DNA of 64,000 bases, from assembly GCA_964016885.1 (NCBI GenBank), contig OZ024740.1, positions 122,946,001 to 123,010,000 of the forward strand, read 5' to 3'. Each line of letters starts with the position of its first letter. Position 1 is the first letter of the stretch. This DNA comes from Eledone cirrhosa. Lineage: Eukaryota. A program made the translations under genes and the position numbers. This document shows, in pieces, positions 1 through 12,181 of the stretch. The notes under the pieces are model-generated. The model saw only the letters and a program-made list of their open reading frames with translations, ran no database searches and was not told the DNA's origin.

Positions 1-141
1 TATGAACATTTCAATAATTTTCAACAAGTATCTTAAAGTGAAAATAATAAAGTCTTATTGAAATGTCCATATTGTATGTATGTTCACCAATGAGAATATA
101 TATTAACATTCTAGTTTTGAGACAATGTATTTGTTTGATTG

Positions 142-154
<13 letters not shown>

Positions 155-235
<81 letters not shown>

Positions 236-300
236 CGTGCGTGTGCGTGTGTGTGTATGTGTGCATGTGAGTGAGTGTGGGTGCGTGTGTGTCTGTGTGT
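155..300. repeat. (TG)n microsatellite with degenerate 3' part
   Basis: Pure TG run directly visible; it explains the CVCV/HTHT pseudo-ORFs at 63-369. Confidence 0.98.
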
Positions 301-1973
301 ATTTATAGACATTCCCTGATAAATAAATATATATTGAAACTTGAATTTAAAATCATTCATGCACACCAATAGTTTCCTTTATTTTAAATTGTGTGTATGT
401 GTATATATATGTATGTGTGTTTCTGTGTGTTTGTGTATTTATATATCTATTTATTCATATTAAAACCAAACAATATATGACACTCAAAGAAACTAAGTTG
501 ACTATGAATTTTCTGGATAGAAAAATAAGAATAAAATGATAAGATAAAAGAAAGAACAACAAATAAACAAATTGATATAAATAAAGAAATCGTGATGAAT
601 ATTGAACTGATATCATTAACTCTGAAAACCAATTGATTAATTTTAATAGCTGATACAAATGTCTATTCAACTGATTGAAAAATTTATTTTTGTCTCATAT
701 CCGTATATTCCTACCAAACGAATACTGTAATCAAATTGCAAATTAAGTTGGAAATATCTTGTATCCAACATTAATATCGATATGACAAAATAAGGAAAAC
801 AGTCTGTAAAATCACAAAGATGTATAACAGTTTGATGTACCATTCTCATTGTTTTATTTAAACACTTTATTATGATTATTCTTTTTTTTTACAAAATACC
901 TGTAAATATTTTACTATATATGAATTATAAAACATGAAATATTGCTTACAATTTTGAATTAAATCTATATTTATTTTTATGAGAACTTTAAATAAGGAAC
1001 AGCTAGGTGAAGATGTTTGTGTATTTGTTATTTTGATTCTAACACGTGAAATGACATAAATGGCAAAGCATAGCCTGAATGATTAAATATATTTAGATTA
1101 ATAACTTTCTGTATATTTGAGTTCAAATCCTTCCAGAGGTGAGTTTGCTTATCATTTCTTGAAGGTCAAAATGTGTCACCTAGTAAGATCAGTTCAATTA
1201 TGTATATACAGATATATAAGTTGAGAAATATGTAACCCAAAAAATGGTGGTAAAATGAGGGGAGGGCAATATTTTGCCATTTTTCACCAACTTCAAAATT
1301 CTACACAAATGATGTGTATTATTAATATTTTAACTTTGGATGTGAACATTATACTGGTTTCACTTTTGACGAGAAATTCGTATTTACTACTGTTTTTCAT
1401 AAGTTTCGAATGAATATGACCTTCAAAATGAACTAAAGTTGGTAACAAATCATTATGTAATGGAGTTATGAAACATAAACTGTACTCTAAACAGCACTTA
1501 AAACATTTTAAATATCAAAACATTATAAATATATCTCCACTCATAAGAATTTCAAACCCACACCATATAAACAAAATGCATTGATTACGTGTGTCAGATT
1601 AAAATGGGGTTTGGACTCTTTTGGCCAATTTCTTATTCATAAACTAAAGGTTTGGCTTATATTTGGATCAACTTATATTCAGTACCACTTTGTTTTTACA
1701 ATCTAAGAAACCCTTATAATATTACTGTCCTTTAGCTTCACCAACTTCTAATTTATTTGTGATATAATATATCAGCTGAAATCATATAAACAAAATGACA
1801 ACGAAATTACCTAGTGTTGGCATATGTATGAAGCACATTACTTAAGTGAATACAGACAAACTTAATGTAGTGAGTTTTAATAATTCCTTTCACTAAATGA
1901 GGTCCTGAAAACATAGATTTAATCTTTAATGTTAAATATCTGGTCAAAGTCAAGGTGCAATACCTCTTTTTTA

Positions 1974-2205
1974 GAGAGGGTCATTGGGGCAGAGTCCTTA
2001 AACACTCCATCCATTAATTAATTAATCAATCCTTAATTAATCAATCATTAATTAATCAAAACCAGCTGAGTTCATGCATGTTATCCAATCATCTTGCTCA
2101 GATTCTACCCCTGGGTCTGTGGCTGGTTGGTTTTGTCTGTAAAATCTGCCAAGTGATTCTTTCCTGAGACATTCTAAAAACATGCCCGTAATATCAAGTG
2201 TGGTA
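1974..2205 (+). repeat. Unclassified interspersed repeat, copy 1
   Basis: Shares collinear blocks with 9413-9657 (gagaggg..agagtcct.aaacactcc; atgttatccaa.catcttgctc; tttcctgagacattcta..atgcc.gtaatatca). Confidence 0.7.
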
Positions 2206-3097
2206 CTTTTGAAGTTCAAATCAATTTTAGAATTACAAGCAGTGGGCACACATTTTTCGCACTTTTATACAGTTTAATTCTAATTTTGATTAATTAAAAT
2301 TCCTTAATTGTTACTCCTTTGTCTTTAACCTGTGTGATGTTAAACTTCCTAAAAAAAAATCAAACAAAAAAAGAGGTTCTATGATATTAATGTTTATGTT
2401 TTTAAGTGTTTTTACTTATCTAAAAATCTTCCAACATGACTTTCTGTAACAAAATTTATGTTCCAAATAGTTCTTTAATAATAGAAAAAGTTAGCTATAT
2501 TCCGAAATCCCTTCAAATCCTGGATTATGTTCAAAACTATTCACAAATCACAGGCAGTATCTCCCATTAGAAATATGGAAATGAAAAGGATAAAAAGGTT
2601 AATATTGACCATCGGGCTTATGTTTTCCTTTATCCTTGTAACTAATTTTTCTTTTTAATTAAATGACTTTTTCTTTTCACTACATTAAATATGTTAACAC
2701 TTACTCAACTATATAACACAATGATGCTGATATAAATTGTGAAGTTTGTTTGTTTATATTATGTTTATATTATGTTTGTATTGTTTTATCTCCCTTGGCT
2801 ATCTCATTAAGAATCACCTCATTCTCTGATTTCCATAATAATACTACTTACTTATAAAATAAAATTATGTCTTGGAGCTTAAGTGTTAGACTATTGAAAA
2901 TAATTTCTATTTGCTTGATTTAAAAAATAAATTTAATTGGTTTGTTCTTAAGGGAGGGGCTGTGCCAATGGCCTTGGTAAGCCTTCTAAGACCAGTGAGA
3001 TGAACATTTTTAATTTTCCTCTTGAATACATAATTATCTACGAATTTCACCACATAAATCTTGTATAGATAGTTTACTATAAAGCATTCCATATCTA

Positions 3098-3255
3098 ATG
3101 GCTATGTGGTTAAGGTGTTTATTTTGCACCACATGGTTTCAGGTTCAGTGCTTACTGTATGGCAACTTGGGCACATGCCTTTCTACTACAACAGTGAGGT
3201 GACCAATACATTGTGAGTGAAACCTAGTAGACAGAAACTTTCTGGAAGTTTGTCA
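3098..3255 (+). mobile_element. tRNA-headed SINE, decayed (family also seen near 27970, 45545 on minus, 50290, 57810)
   Basis: Head ggctatgtggttaag...ggtttcaggttca and 3' motif gtgagtga..tagtagacagaaact recur at several places in the window. Confidence 0.65.
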
Positions 3256-3309
3256 TTTACATGTTTGCGTGTTTATCTACCATATCTGTCCTTATGTTCG
3301 ATCCTCTTT

Positions 3310-3502
3310 TATATCCTGTAAAATGCACTCAGTATCATCCATAAAGTGGTTGGCATTAGGAAAAGCATCAGGCAATAGAAGCCATGCCAAAATATGGAAT
3401 GTATGATGAAGATTTGTCTGTCTGATTCCTTTAGTCTCAAAGCATGACAAGCCATCCAACCAAAGCCTGCATGGAAGGCAAATATAAAAGGATGATGATG
3501 AT
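3310..3502 (+). mobile_element. RTE-dependent SINE/non-autonomous element
   Basis: aaagtggttggcattagg..gcatc motif plus an RTE-type 3' end finishing in (GAT)n. Confidence 0.65.
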
Positions 3503-4016
3503 AAATGAATAAATGAATTTGGTGGATCTTTTGATACATATTTTCTTTTTCTATTATTAAGATTCACTATAAAATTTTCGAAGCATATATAGCATGTGTT
3601 GGAGTACTAGGATGAGAAGAAATATCTCAAACATTTCACATTAATGAAGAATGTAAACAAATTTTAAAAGTCTGTATTTAAAGAAATGTTGAGATGAATG
3701 AATGGTGGGCCGAGAGAAAAACAGAAGAGGAATTAGCAGAAGGAGAAAGAAGTTGCAAAAGTACAAAAAAGGATGGAAATAGAGCTTTAAAAAATATATA
3801 TGTATACAAGGATTAATGCCTCTGTAAATAAATTAAAAGAAGACATGAAAGAATAAAAGAAATGATTAAATAATTAATTAATTTCTTGGTTTCTTCTGAT
3901 TTTTTCCCTTTTTTTTGATCTTTTAATTGGTGTAGATCTGATTTAATGGGCACATTTATTGACATTATTGGTTTGCAACCAACATAACTACAGAGTGATG
4001 TCAAACAAATGTGGAG

Positions 4017-4239
4017 TTAGCCATTTTGCTACCACATTCCTAATAAAAGATACTGTTTAAAATGTTCAACCCTCTACTTGTGGAAATAATCAAGAATTTT
4101 TAATAATTAAGCTAATTTTTTTAACACAACAACACTAAATTATAATAGCCTTTAGATAAATATAAACACCTTAAAATAAACAACTTTTTTATCATAGAAC
4201 CAAGCCTGGTTTCAGATCGTATGGTATTAAAAAGGTTAA
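4017..4239. mobile_element. piggyBac-like MITE, decayed
   Basis: Ends ttagccattttgctacc / ggtattaaaaaggttaa are degenerate inverted termini with a TTAA end. The body (agataaatataaacac.ttaaaataaac) is shared with 10355-10606, 27601-27800, 29387-29553 and 31851-32084. Confidence 0.6.
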
Positions 4240-6147
4240 GCAAACCTTGATTGAACAGATCTTACATTAGAGAGTTAAGACATATATGACATGAGAGAAG
4301 ACATGGTATTTAGTTACCTCACTCTGTACAACACTTTGAAGACTTATTTCCTACAATAGGCCTGAATTAACTAAATCTATGTGGAAGAAATTTGGCAAAC
4401 TGAAACTGTGTGGAAGTCAGTTGGTGGGTTCTTATGTGTCAAACGCAATATGTTGCTTGCTTGAACACCACGATCTGGCCTTTGGGCGCCTTAAGTAGTA
4501 TTAATTTTGTTGTAAGCATGCAGGCCAGGTCTCCTGGCTGATGATAGCTTATACTCTTCCTGCTATAAGTATTGGAAGTAATATGTAACCATGCATAGCA
4601 AAGAAAAATTAGTATAAAAACAATGATCATGATCATCATTGTTTTCTTGCTGACACTAGTTGTACCTGCTATATTCATATATTTATTAATTATTTCAAGA
4701 CTCTGCCAAAGCTATCCCCAAGAGTATCCAACAAAATTTTCCACACAGCAGGAAATTTAACATATCCTCAACATTTGTCATGGTTTAATTAGAATGATCA
4801 CATTTAGTTAAATACGAACATAGACTTATAGCTGCTACCAAGTATTCACATTATATAAACTGACTGTGCATTAATATCAAACCGAATGTTCATAGATTAT
4901 TTTTATAATTATTAGAAAATATGCATTTAAGTGACCCAAACATTAGTAAGCTTAATACATTTTTTATCTAAAACTTTTTGCTAAATTTAATTTGTTTTTA
5001 AACTGGAACCTATGTAAGCTTTGAATAACTCAGGCTTGAGAAGAAAACCCCCCTATACTGACATACTTCGTTTTAACTGTTGAACATTGGTGGGGTTAGG
5101 CATATGGCAATGCTCTCTGTTTTTGGTAAAACCCCCTGTTACATAAATTGAGATTAGTGGTTTGATTAGTTTATCTTTACATGCCCTCTATGAAATGGTA
5201 TGGCTCGGATGTTTGTCACACTACAATTACATGTTCCATGATTATTAAGAGGAAAATCTTTATATATAAAATAATATGTCATATATCAGCAGAGTGGTAG
5301 GAAAAATGAAGAGATAGAATTAAAACGTTGGTTGAACGATGCAGCATGTGTTATAAGATAAACTGAGGTAGGTGCAAGCAGCATGAATAGCTATGCCATG
5401 ATATAGGGTAACAGGTGAACTTCTCTTCACCTATTTCTTGTCTCTTCATTAAAGCACCTTCATCTGAAATTTAAAACCTGTTCCCTGAAGGTTACAAAGA
5501 ATAATGAATCTCATTAAATACAAATTCCTCCTAAAGAATGTTATAATCAAGGAATATTTCAAATAATAATAAATATTTTCATACAAACAATTCCTGTTTG
5601 CATAACTTGTTTGATACTCAAATGCACATATTTTTAATAGTACTACTCTACTAAATAAGTAAAAGAAATGTAAGATTTTAAAATACAATTTATATAATGA
5701 ATAATAAAAATATGTACAGGACTTATAAAGGAAACATGTCTATAAAAAAGTCAGAGACAAAAAACAGAGAGAAGGCATGCAAATGCAATTACACACTACA
5801 AAAGGTAATACTTGTTTTGTCCTCTAAATCTTTTAAAAATATATATGAAAGGATTTAAAATCCCAAAGTACTAACAACTAAACAACAAATCTCAGAATAC
5901 ACAATTATATGCCTGTTAAATTATTTCTTATTTATATTGTTACTGTATTTTTATTTGTACCCTTCCCTATTCCATTTTAACCTAGTTCAAACACATAGTA
6001 TACCTCTATGCATTGCTAGTTATCCTTTTATCCTTCAACCTATTTGTATATCTAGCAATGTATCTCACTGTTAATCTATCAATCCATCTATCCATCTACC
6101 TATCTATCTATTGAATATACACTGAATGAATGTACACAATCACTGAC

Positions 6148-6272
6148 TGTAGACACTCTGAATTTCGACTCATTAAGTGTGGACTCACTAAGTCAGACTT
6201 GATGAATATAAACTTGGTAAATGTAGACTCATTGAAAGTAGAATTGATGAGTGTAGACTTGCTGAGGGTGAT
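6148..6272. repeat. Degenerate ~15-bp tandem repeat (gtagactcattgaat-like)
   Basis: Recurring tagact/ggactc/agactt motif at roughly 15-nt spacing. Confidence 0.55.
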
Positions 6273-6599
6273 ATTATTGTACTGACTTACAGACTGTTAA
6301 CAATGAACACATCTAGAAGAATGATAAAAAGACAAAGAAGGTGATCTGGAAACATCTTTTAAAATTACATTGAATGAAGCTTTTTAATTGTAATTTATGT
6401 CTAAGATATAAGATGACACTTTGTCCATAATTGACAACAAAATTCAACCTGAGTAAAAATTAAAACTAAGCTATGCTGGGTGCTGTTATTTCTGTTAGTG
6501 ATAAAGGGCTTCCTCTCCATATGAAATTTATGCACAAAGTACTATCCTGTATATTAATTAGACAAAAGTAATAACAAGGTTCTCCACAACACAATGGAA

Positions 6600-7330
6600 C
6601 CAAGTGTTATTGGGAAATGCAGAGGCCTATGCGACTTAGAACCAGCTCAGCTTCCACTTTGCATATGTCTACTCCTCTCTGCTTTCCGTAAACATCCTGT
6701 TGCTCCAAAGTAAATGGGATGCTATCCAGTGTGATATGGCCTTCAATAGACTCATACTTGACCAGTACAGTCTATCATTTTTCGCTCAGCCTCTCAGCAC
6801 CTCAGCAGTGTCTGACCTATCACCATACTCATGTTCTCAACCGGCACTCAGCTGAAAAATGACTACTTGTGTAGTGGTGTATCCCTGAGGCTTGGTCTCT
6901 GGATTTGTGAGCCACATAAATGTAGCTGAAATTTTACTGTGGATTCTTTCAGCCTCCTCAAACTATCATGCCTTTACAACACTACCCACCTCTCATGCCA
7001 TGCTGCTTTTAACAAAATCATAAAGCATGGTTTGGATGATACAGGCTTCTTCTTCCAGCTTGAGTTGGTAGGGCTGAACGGAGGAGAGAGTAAAAGGTTT
7101 GATGGCATAACAATCTTCCCATTCCATGGGGGTAGACATTTCATCAGGGATGTTACATGTAAATTTCCTTCTCCAGGGGCAACTTGGTGCATTTCATGAC
7201 TAACCAAATCTGGAAAGGGGAAACTGTTGAAGTATTGATTGCTCTTTGATTGGATTGTACTCAAACTTGCAGCAGTGAAGACTTCAGGTCTTCTTGGCCC
7301 CTGGATCACCAAGAAGTGGCTTGCACATGA
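6600..7330 (+). mobile_element. CRE-like non-LTR retrotransposon relic (C-terminal Zn knuckle + RLE endonuclease)
   Basis: Translation LSC..HAAFNKIIKHGLD..GLNGGESKRFDGITIFPFHGGRHFIRDVTC matches the RH..KRPDG..WD.TC RLE signature; homologous to 58290-59400. Confidence 0.7.
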
Positions 7331-9412
7331 GCTCTCATAGACAAAAGCATTGAATTTGATACATAATGTGGAGATAAATGATTTGAGTAAGATCTGTTAG
7401 ATATGTAATATTAATTTGCATGAAAAGAGGTGCACATGTGAGCTGAACAGCGAGTGTTGAAGAATTAAACTTTTCATTACCATATTTCTAATTTTGACAA
7501 TTATCAACAATTCCCCATTATTTGGAGAATAAAATAGCTTACAATAAGTTTTAACATAAAATCATGACGGATAGGTTTAAGATAAATATAAACATTTTAT
7601 ATAAAGCATTTTCCTTTGTAGAAACAGGAAGGTTTTCAGGCAGTTTGGTATCAACTGATTTAAAGGCTTCAGTTGACATAAGGAAGAAAGAGAAATTTAT
7701 AAATATAAATAGCTGATGTGAATGGATGATAAATTGTAATAAGCCCACAATTGGAAATTGTAATGTACCAACATTCAAAAACACCTCAAGTATATGATAG
7801 CCAACAACATTTAGAGAGAAATGGTGAGGTCAGATACCATGATATTACGATTTAGTAATGAGAAAATAGGAGTTTAAGCTGGTTGATGGTATAATATATT
7901 GGCTTTTCCACTACAGAAATTCAATGTTAAAATAAGAATGCCAATGCTGATGCTGCTGTTATGATGATAATGGTGGTGCCGGTGATAGCAATAAGTGAGG
8001 GGGTAAAGACAGGGAAGAAGATGATATTTGTTTTCAACAATTAAAACATTTTTACAGAGAAATATTACAGGCCAGGAAACAATAATATTTGTTTTGTTTT
8101 GTTTTTACTAAAAGAAAATTTCAGCTTCAAATCACCAACTTGTGGCATGATCATCAGAGAAATTAGATGAATTATATCATAGATAAATTTACCAATATGT
8201 CAATAGTAACACTGAGCCTGATTTCAAAAGTAATAAATTTCTGTTTTGCAAGAGAAATATATCTATTCTCTTGATCAAACTACGTCTGATGTCTGACAAT
8301 ATTAAATGGTCCTGAGAATTGGATATCATCCAAGTATTCTTTCAAGCAGATTCTGATAAGACAGCCAATAATTAAAGAAATACTATAAGCTGGTGATTAT
8401 ATAAAATTTCTTTAAAATGTTAACAAGCACTCATGTTTCTAATTTCTAATAACTGAACTATTCAAAAATACATCTGTTTGATTTCCAGATTATTCTGAAA
8501 CCATATGCAGCTTTGTATCATACAATATAAATGTATATTTTGAGGTTTGCTGGTCTTGCAGATAGATTGGAGATTGGAACAGTGTGATATTTAAAATAAA
8601 TGAAAGGCTTTGTATAGAACCAAAATAGAAATATCAATATATATCAGAAATGGGTAATTTGGGGAAACAAATATTTGCAAACACAATAACAATGATGAAT
8701 TGTATAAATATTTTTATCTTAAGAAACACCCCATCATCAAATAAAAGAAAATGTAATGTAAACCATTGGTAGAGTTTATGGTTTTATATATTGATAAACT
8801 CATTAACTTTATGAGAGAATGTAGTTCTTGTGTAGGTTTAACTTGAATGTTGAATATTAGTAAACCATTGAAGGATTGGACAATACGAATCATAGAAGTT
8901 AAATTATTTTATTTTACTAACTGTTTATATGAAAAAAAAACGGTAATGAAGAAAAAGAAAAGAAGAATCAAGCAATGAAAGGAAAGGATAGAGAAAGATG
9001 AATAAACTGGCAAAGGCATTACTGGGGAGAATGGCCAGAGACACCTGCTACAACAGCCATCCTACCTCATGTGCATCGCTGTCTTTCTGGTTTTATGGAG
9101 GAAATTAGTTGTGTGGGGACCAAGGACACCAGAGGTCATAACAGAGACCAGTACAAAGAGGAAACGGTTAGTCAGACTCTGGTAGATAAATATCTTCCTC
9201 TACCCTGCATTGTGGGTAGTGAAGCCCAGGTTTATGGCTGAAGTGACAAGGCTGGAGGTGGAAAAGAATCTGATAGAATTATTAGAAAGGGATATATTAG
9301 TAATGACTATATTGATATAGTTGATTTCTGATTTGAGAAACAATTTGATAGTTGCCTACATGAATTTATGGTTAAGTCAGAGGGCCTCTTTCTTCTTTAC
9401 TCACTTATTCCT

Positions 9413-9657
9413 GAGAGGGTTATAGGGGTAGAGTCCTCAAACACTCCTTTGAGAGTGTCCTATCAGAAGCAACTATCTCCAATTGATCTGACTGGATCCC
9501 TAAGCAAAACCAGCCAAGCACATGGATGTTATCCAACCATCTTGCTCGGTGTTAACCCTTGGGTTTTCTGCTGGCTGGCTGGCTGGTTGGTTATGTCTCT
9601 CCAGTGACTCTTTCCTGAGACATTCTAACCATATGCCTGTAATATCAGAGCTGTGAT
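9413..9657 (+). repeat. Unclassified interspersed repeat, copy 2
   Basis: Homologous to 1974-2205 in the same orientation. Confidence 0.7.
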
Positions 9658-10354
9658 ATCTCAATTTGGAGAATCAGTGGCTCTACTTGGGAGGGCTAAC
9701 TATTGTAATCCTTTCTCAGTCCTTGCTTCAGTTACATTCAAAATTGTTAATGTTCTGTATCCCATGAAACCTCATTAGCAATGCATTCTTGAAAAATACT
9801 AAACAACACTCTGAATGCATCACATTGAAAATTAATGTTTTTTTCCAGAGCTTACAGCAAGTGTTTGATAAATATACTATAAACATTTGAATTAATATAC
9901 CTGTGCTAAATTATTAAAAGATGTCAAATAAGAAGTTAGATATACGTCAAGTGAACCACTGCATAGTTTGTTTATATCAAGTACAAATTGGGACACATTT
10001 GAAAAGACCACTGTAATTTGCATAGCTATGCATTTGTTTGCAATGTGGTTAATCAATTAGTTAGTTATAAAAAAATTCAGATTAACCCATTTATGCTGTG
10101 TTATGCATAATAATTGATATACCACAGTGCCAAGGAATGCAAATTAAAATGGTCATTTCAACTCACTTCTTGTTTGTGTTTGATATGAAGTTATAAGCTA
10201 TCACTCACTTTGTGGACAGACAATGAAGCTACTTGAACTCTAATTAATTTCTAAAATAGAAATGAAGCAAGATTAATTCCAATAATGTTTCTGCTCATGG
10301 TAAAATACAAAATGTGTTTACATTTGTTTATATTTATGTGGTGAGGATTATATT

Positions 10355-10606
10355 TTAGCTCTTTTGTTACCATATTACTGTCTATTCTTTTCTAATAGTA
10401 TTGTAAATAATAAAACATTGAGAAAGGTTTAGTAATATAACAAACTTTCACATGATTAAGCTGGCATTTGTAGCACACTTTAACAAAGATTCGTACATAA
10501 AATTATGGTGGAATGTATTCAGATAAATATAAACACTTTAAAATAAACAGTTTTATTTCGTAAAATCATGGGTGGTTTCAAGCAGTTTGGTTTTGAAAAG
10601 TGTTAA
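10355..10606. mobile_element. piggyBac-like MITE, decayed
   Basis: ttagctcttttgttaccata...ggttttgaaaagtgttaa; same family as 4017-4239. Confidence 0.6.
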
Positions 10607-10974
10607 AAAATATGAGTATATCTATATTAAGAAAATTCAAATGTGTACCGTGTTGTGTATATTATCAATTATTAATAGCAATTTCAGTTTATAGATTTTT
10701 ATGTGTATACATAATTGAGAGAAATGTAATCTAGGTTGCAAAAGAAATAAATCAGTTGTACATACTGAATTTAAGCTTGTGGCACTAAATATCTTTGTAC
10801 TAATAATATTTATATTTTAGTACAAATTCACACACAAGCACGCAAAAATTAACATGCATGTGTGTGTGTGTGTATATATAAACATAAATATTTTTGTGTG
10901 TTTCTGGTTTTGAATGGATATAATATATACTATTATATTATAAGAGACAATGGCGATATCGTAGAGGGTCGGAC

Positions 10975-11092
10975 GCCAAACTCCGCCAAGGTTAACTTTG
11001 CCTTTCATCCTTACGGGGTCGATAAAATAAAGTACCAGTAATACACTGGGATAATTTCTGGCCTTGTGACAAAATTAGAAACAATTATATTA
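10975..11092 (+). mobile_element. SINE with conserved central domain and (ATT)-type tail
   Basis: aactttgcctttcatcctt.cggggtcgataaaataa.gtaccag core; other copies at 34575-34795 and 36705-36925. Confidence 0.75.
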
Positions 11093-12090
11093 TAAGAGGC
11101 AAGAAAAAGGTTTAGCACCAAGAAGAGCTTTTGAACATAAAACATTGCCTTGAAAAGAGTTCAATGATATGTATTAAGCCTGACATGGGGGCCTGCAAGG
11201 CTAACCCATGCTTTAACAGGAGAAATAGCCTTTAAAAATGATTCTTGTTGTATACATCTATGTATATATATATATGTGTGTGTGTGTGCATGTGTGTGTG
11301 TGTGTGTGTGTGTGGGTGTGTGTGTATCGTCATTTAACATCCACTCTCCTTGTTAACAAGAGGTGAGTTAGGGTACGACTGAGTTAGTACTGAAGCAAGG
11401 TTACTGACCTCCCAAAGAGGCCGTGAGTTTGCTTCCCACTTACATAAGTTCCGTCATTGAACAAATTGCATTTTATCATGGAACGACCACAAGAGCAGTT
11501 GTGATGACTTTGACACAATTGAAGGATTTCCGCAACCCATAATTTGGCAAGCTTAATTCAACTGGATACCTATTTCCAACCACAATGCAGTATGTACTGG
11601 GTGAAATTATTGCATAGAACACCAACACTAGAGATGATGCTGTACTGCTAACACAACTGAAGTGTCATCCCAGACCATAAGGTTTCTGTAGTAGAGTGCC
11701 TTTCCTATTGACAACCACCTTACTGGGTGTGCCAGGTTCATTTTCATGGCACCAGCAATAGAATGAGTGTTGGTTATTGTTCCAATGAAAGAGCACTCTC
11801 TGGGGGTTGGTGGGATGAGATAAGTGAGATAAGTATGAAGTTATGGCTGTATAGAAAGTGTGGTGTGATGTGACAGGATGATGTATGGGAAGGAGTAACA
11901 TTTGATAGCACTGAGTGAGTGAGGATGTAGTGGAGGTGAGAATATCTAAATGGAGATAGTGTGGGTAGAGGCATTGAAAAGGTGTCCAAAATAACCCTCC
12001 TCACCAAGCAATATTGGCAGGGCAGCACCTACTTGCTACCTGACACACACATATATATATATATATATAGATATATATATATATATATAT

Positions 12091-12181
12091 GGAATAACAA
12101 GATATCCTTATAGGTAATCCATTTAGAGGTTGTGAGTACTCTGTATTGTGGATAGTTTTAACGTACAGCGTTGTTTGACTC
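12091..12181 (-). mobile_element. 90-bp terminal fragment of a (TA)n-inserting element fused to the 5' end of PLE-1
   Basis: Closely similar to 63884-63954; both copies directly follow a (TA)n run. Strand is inferred. Confidence 0.65.
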
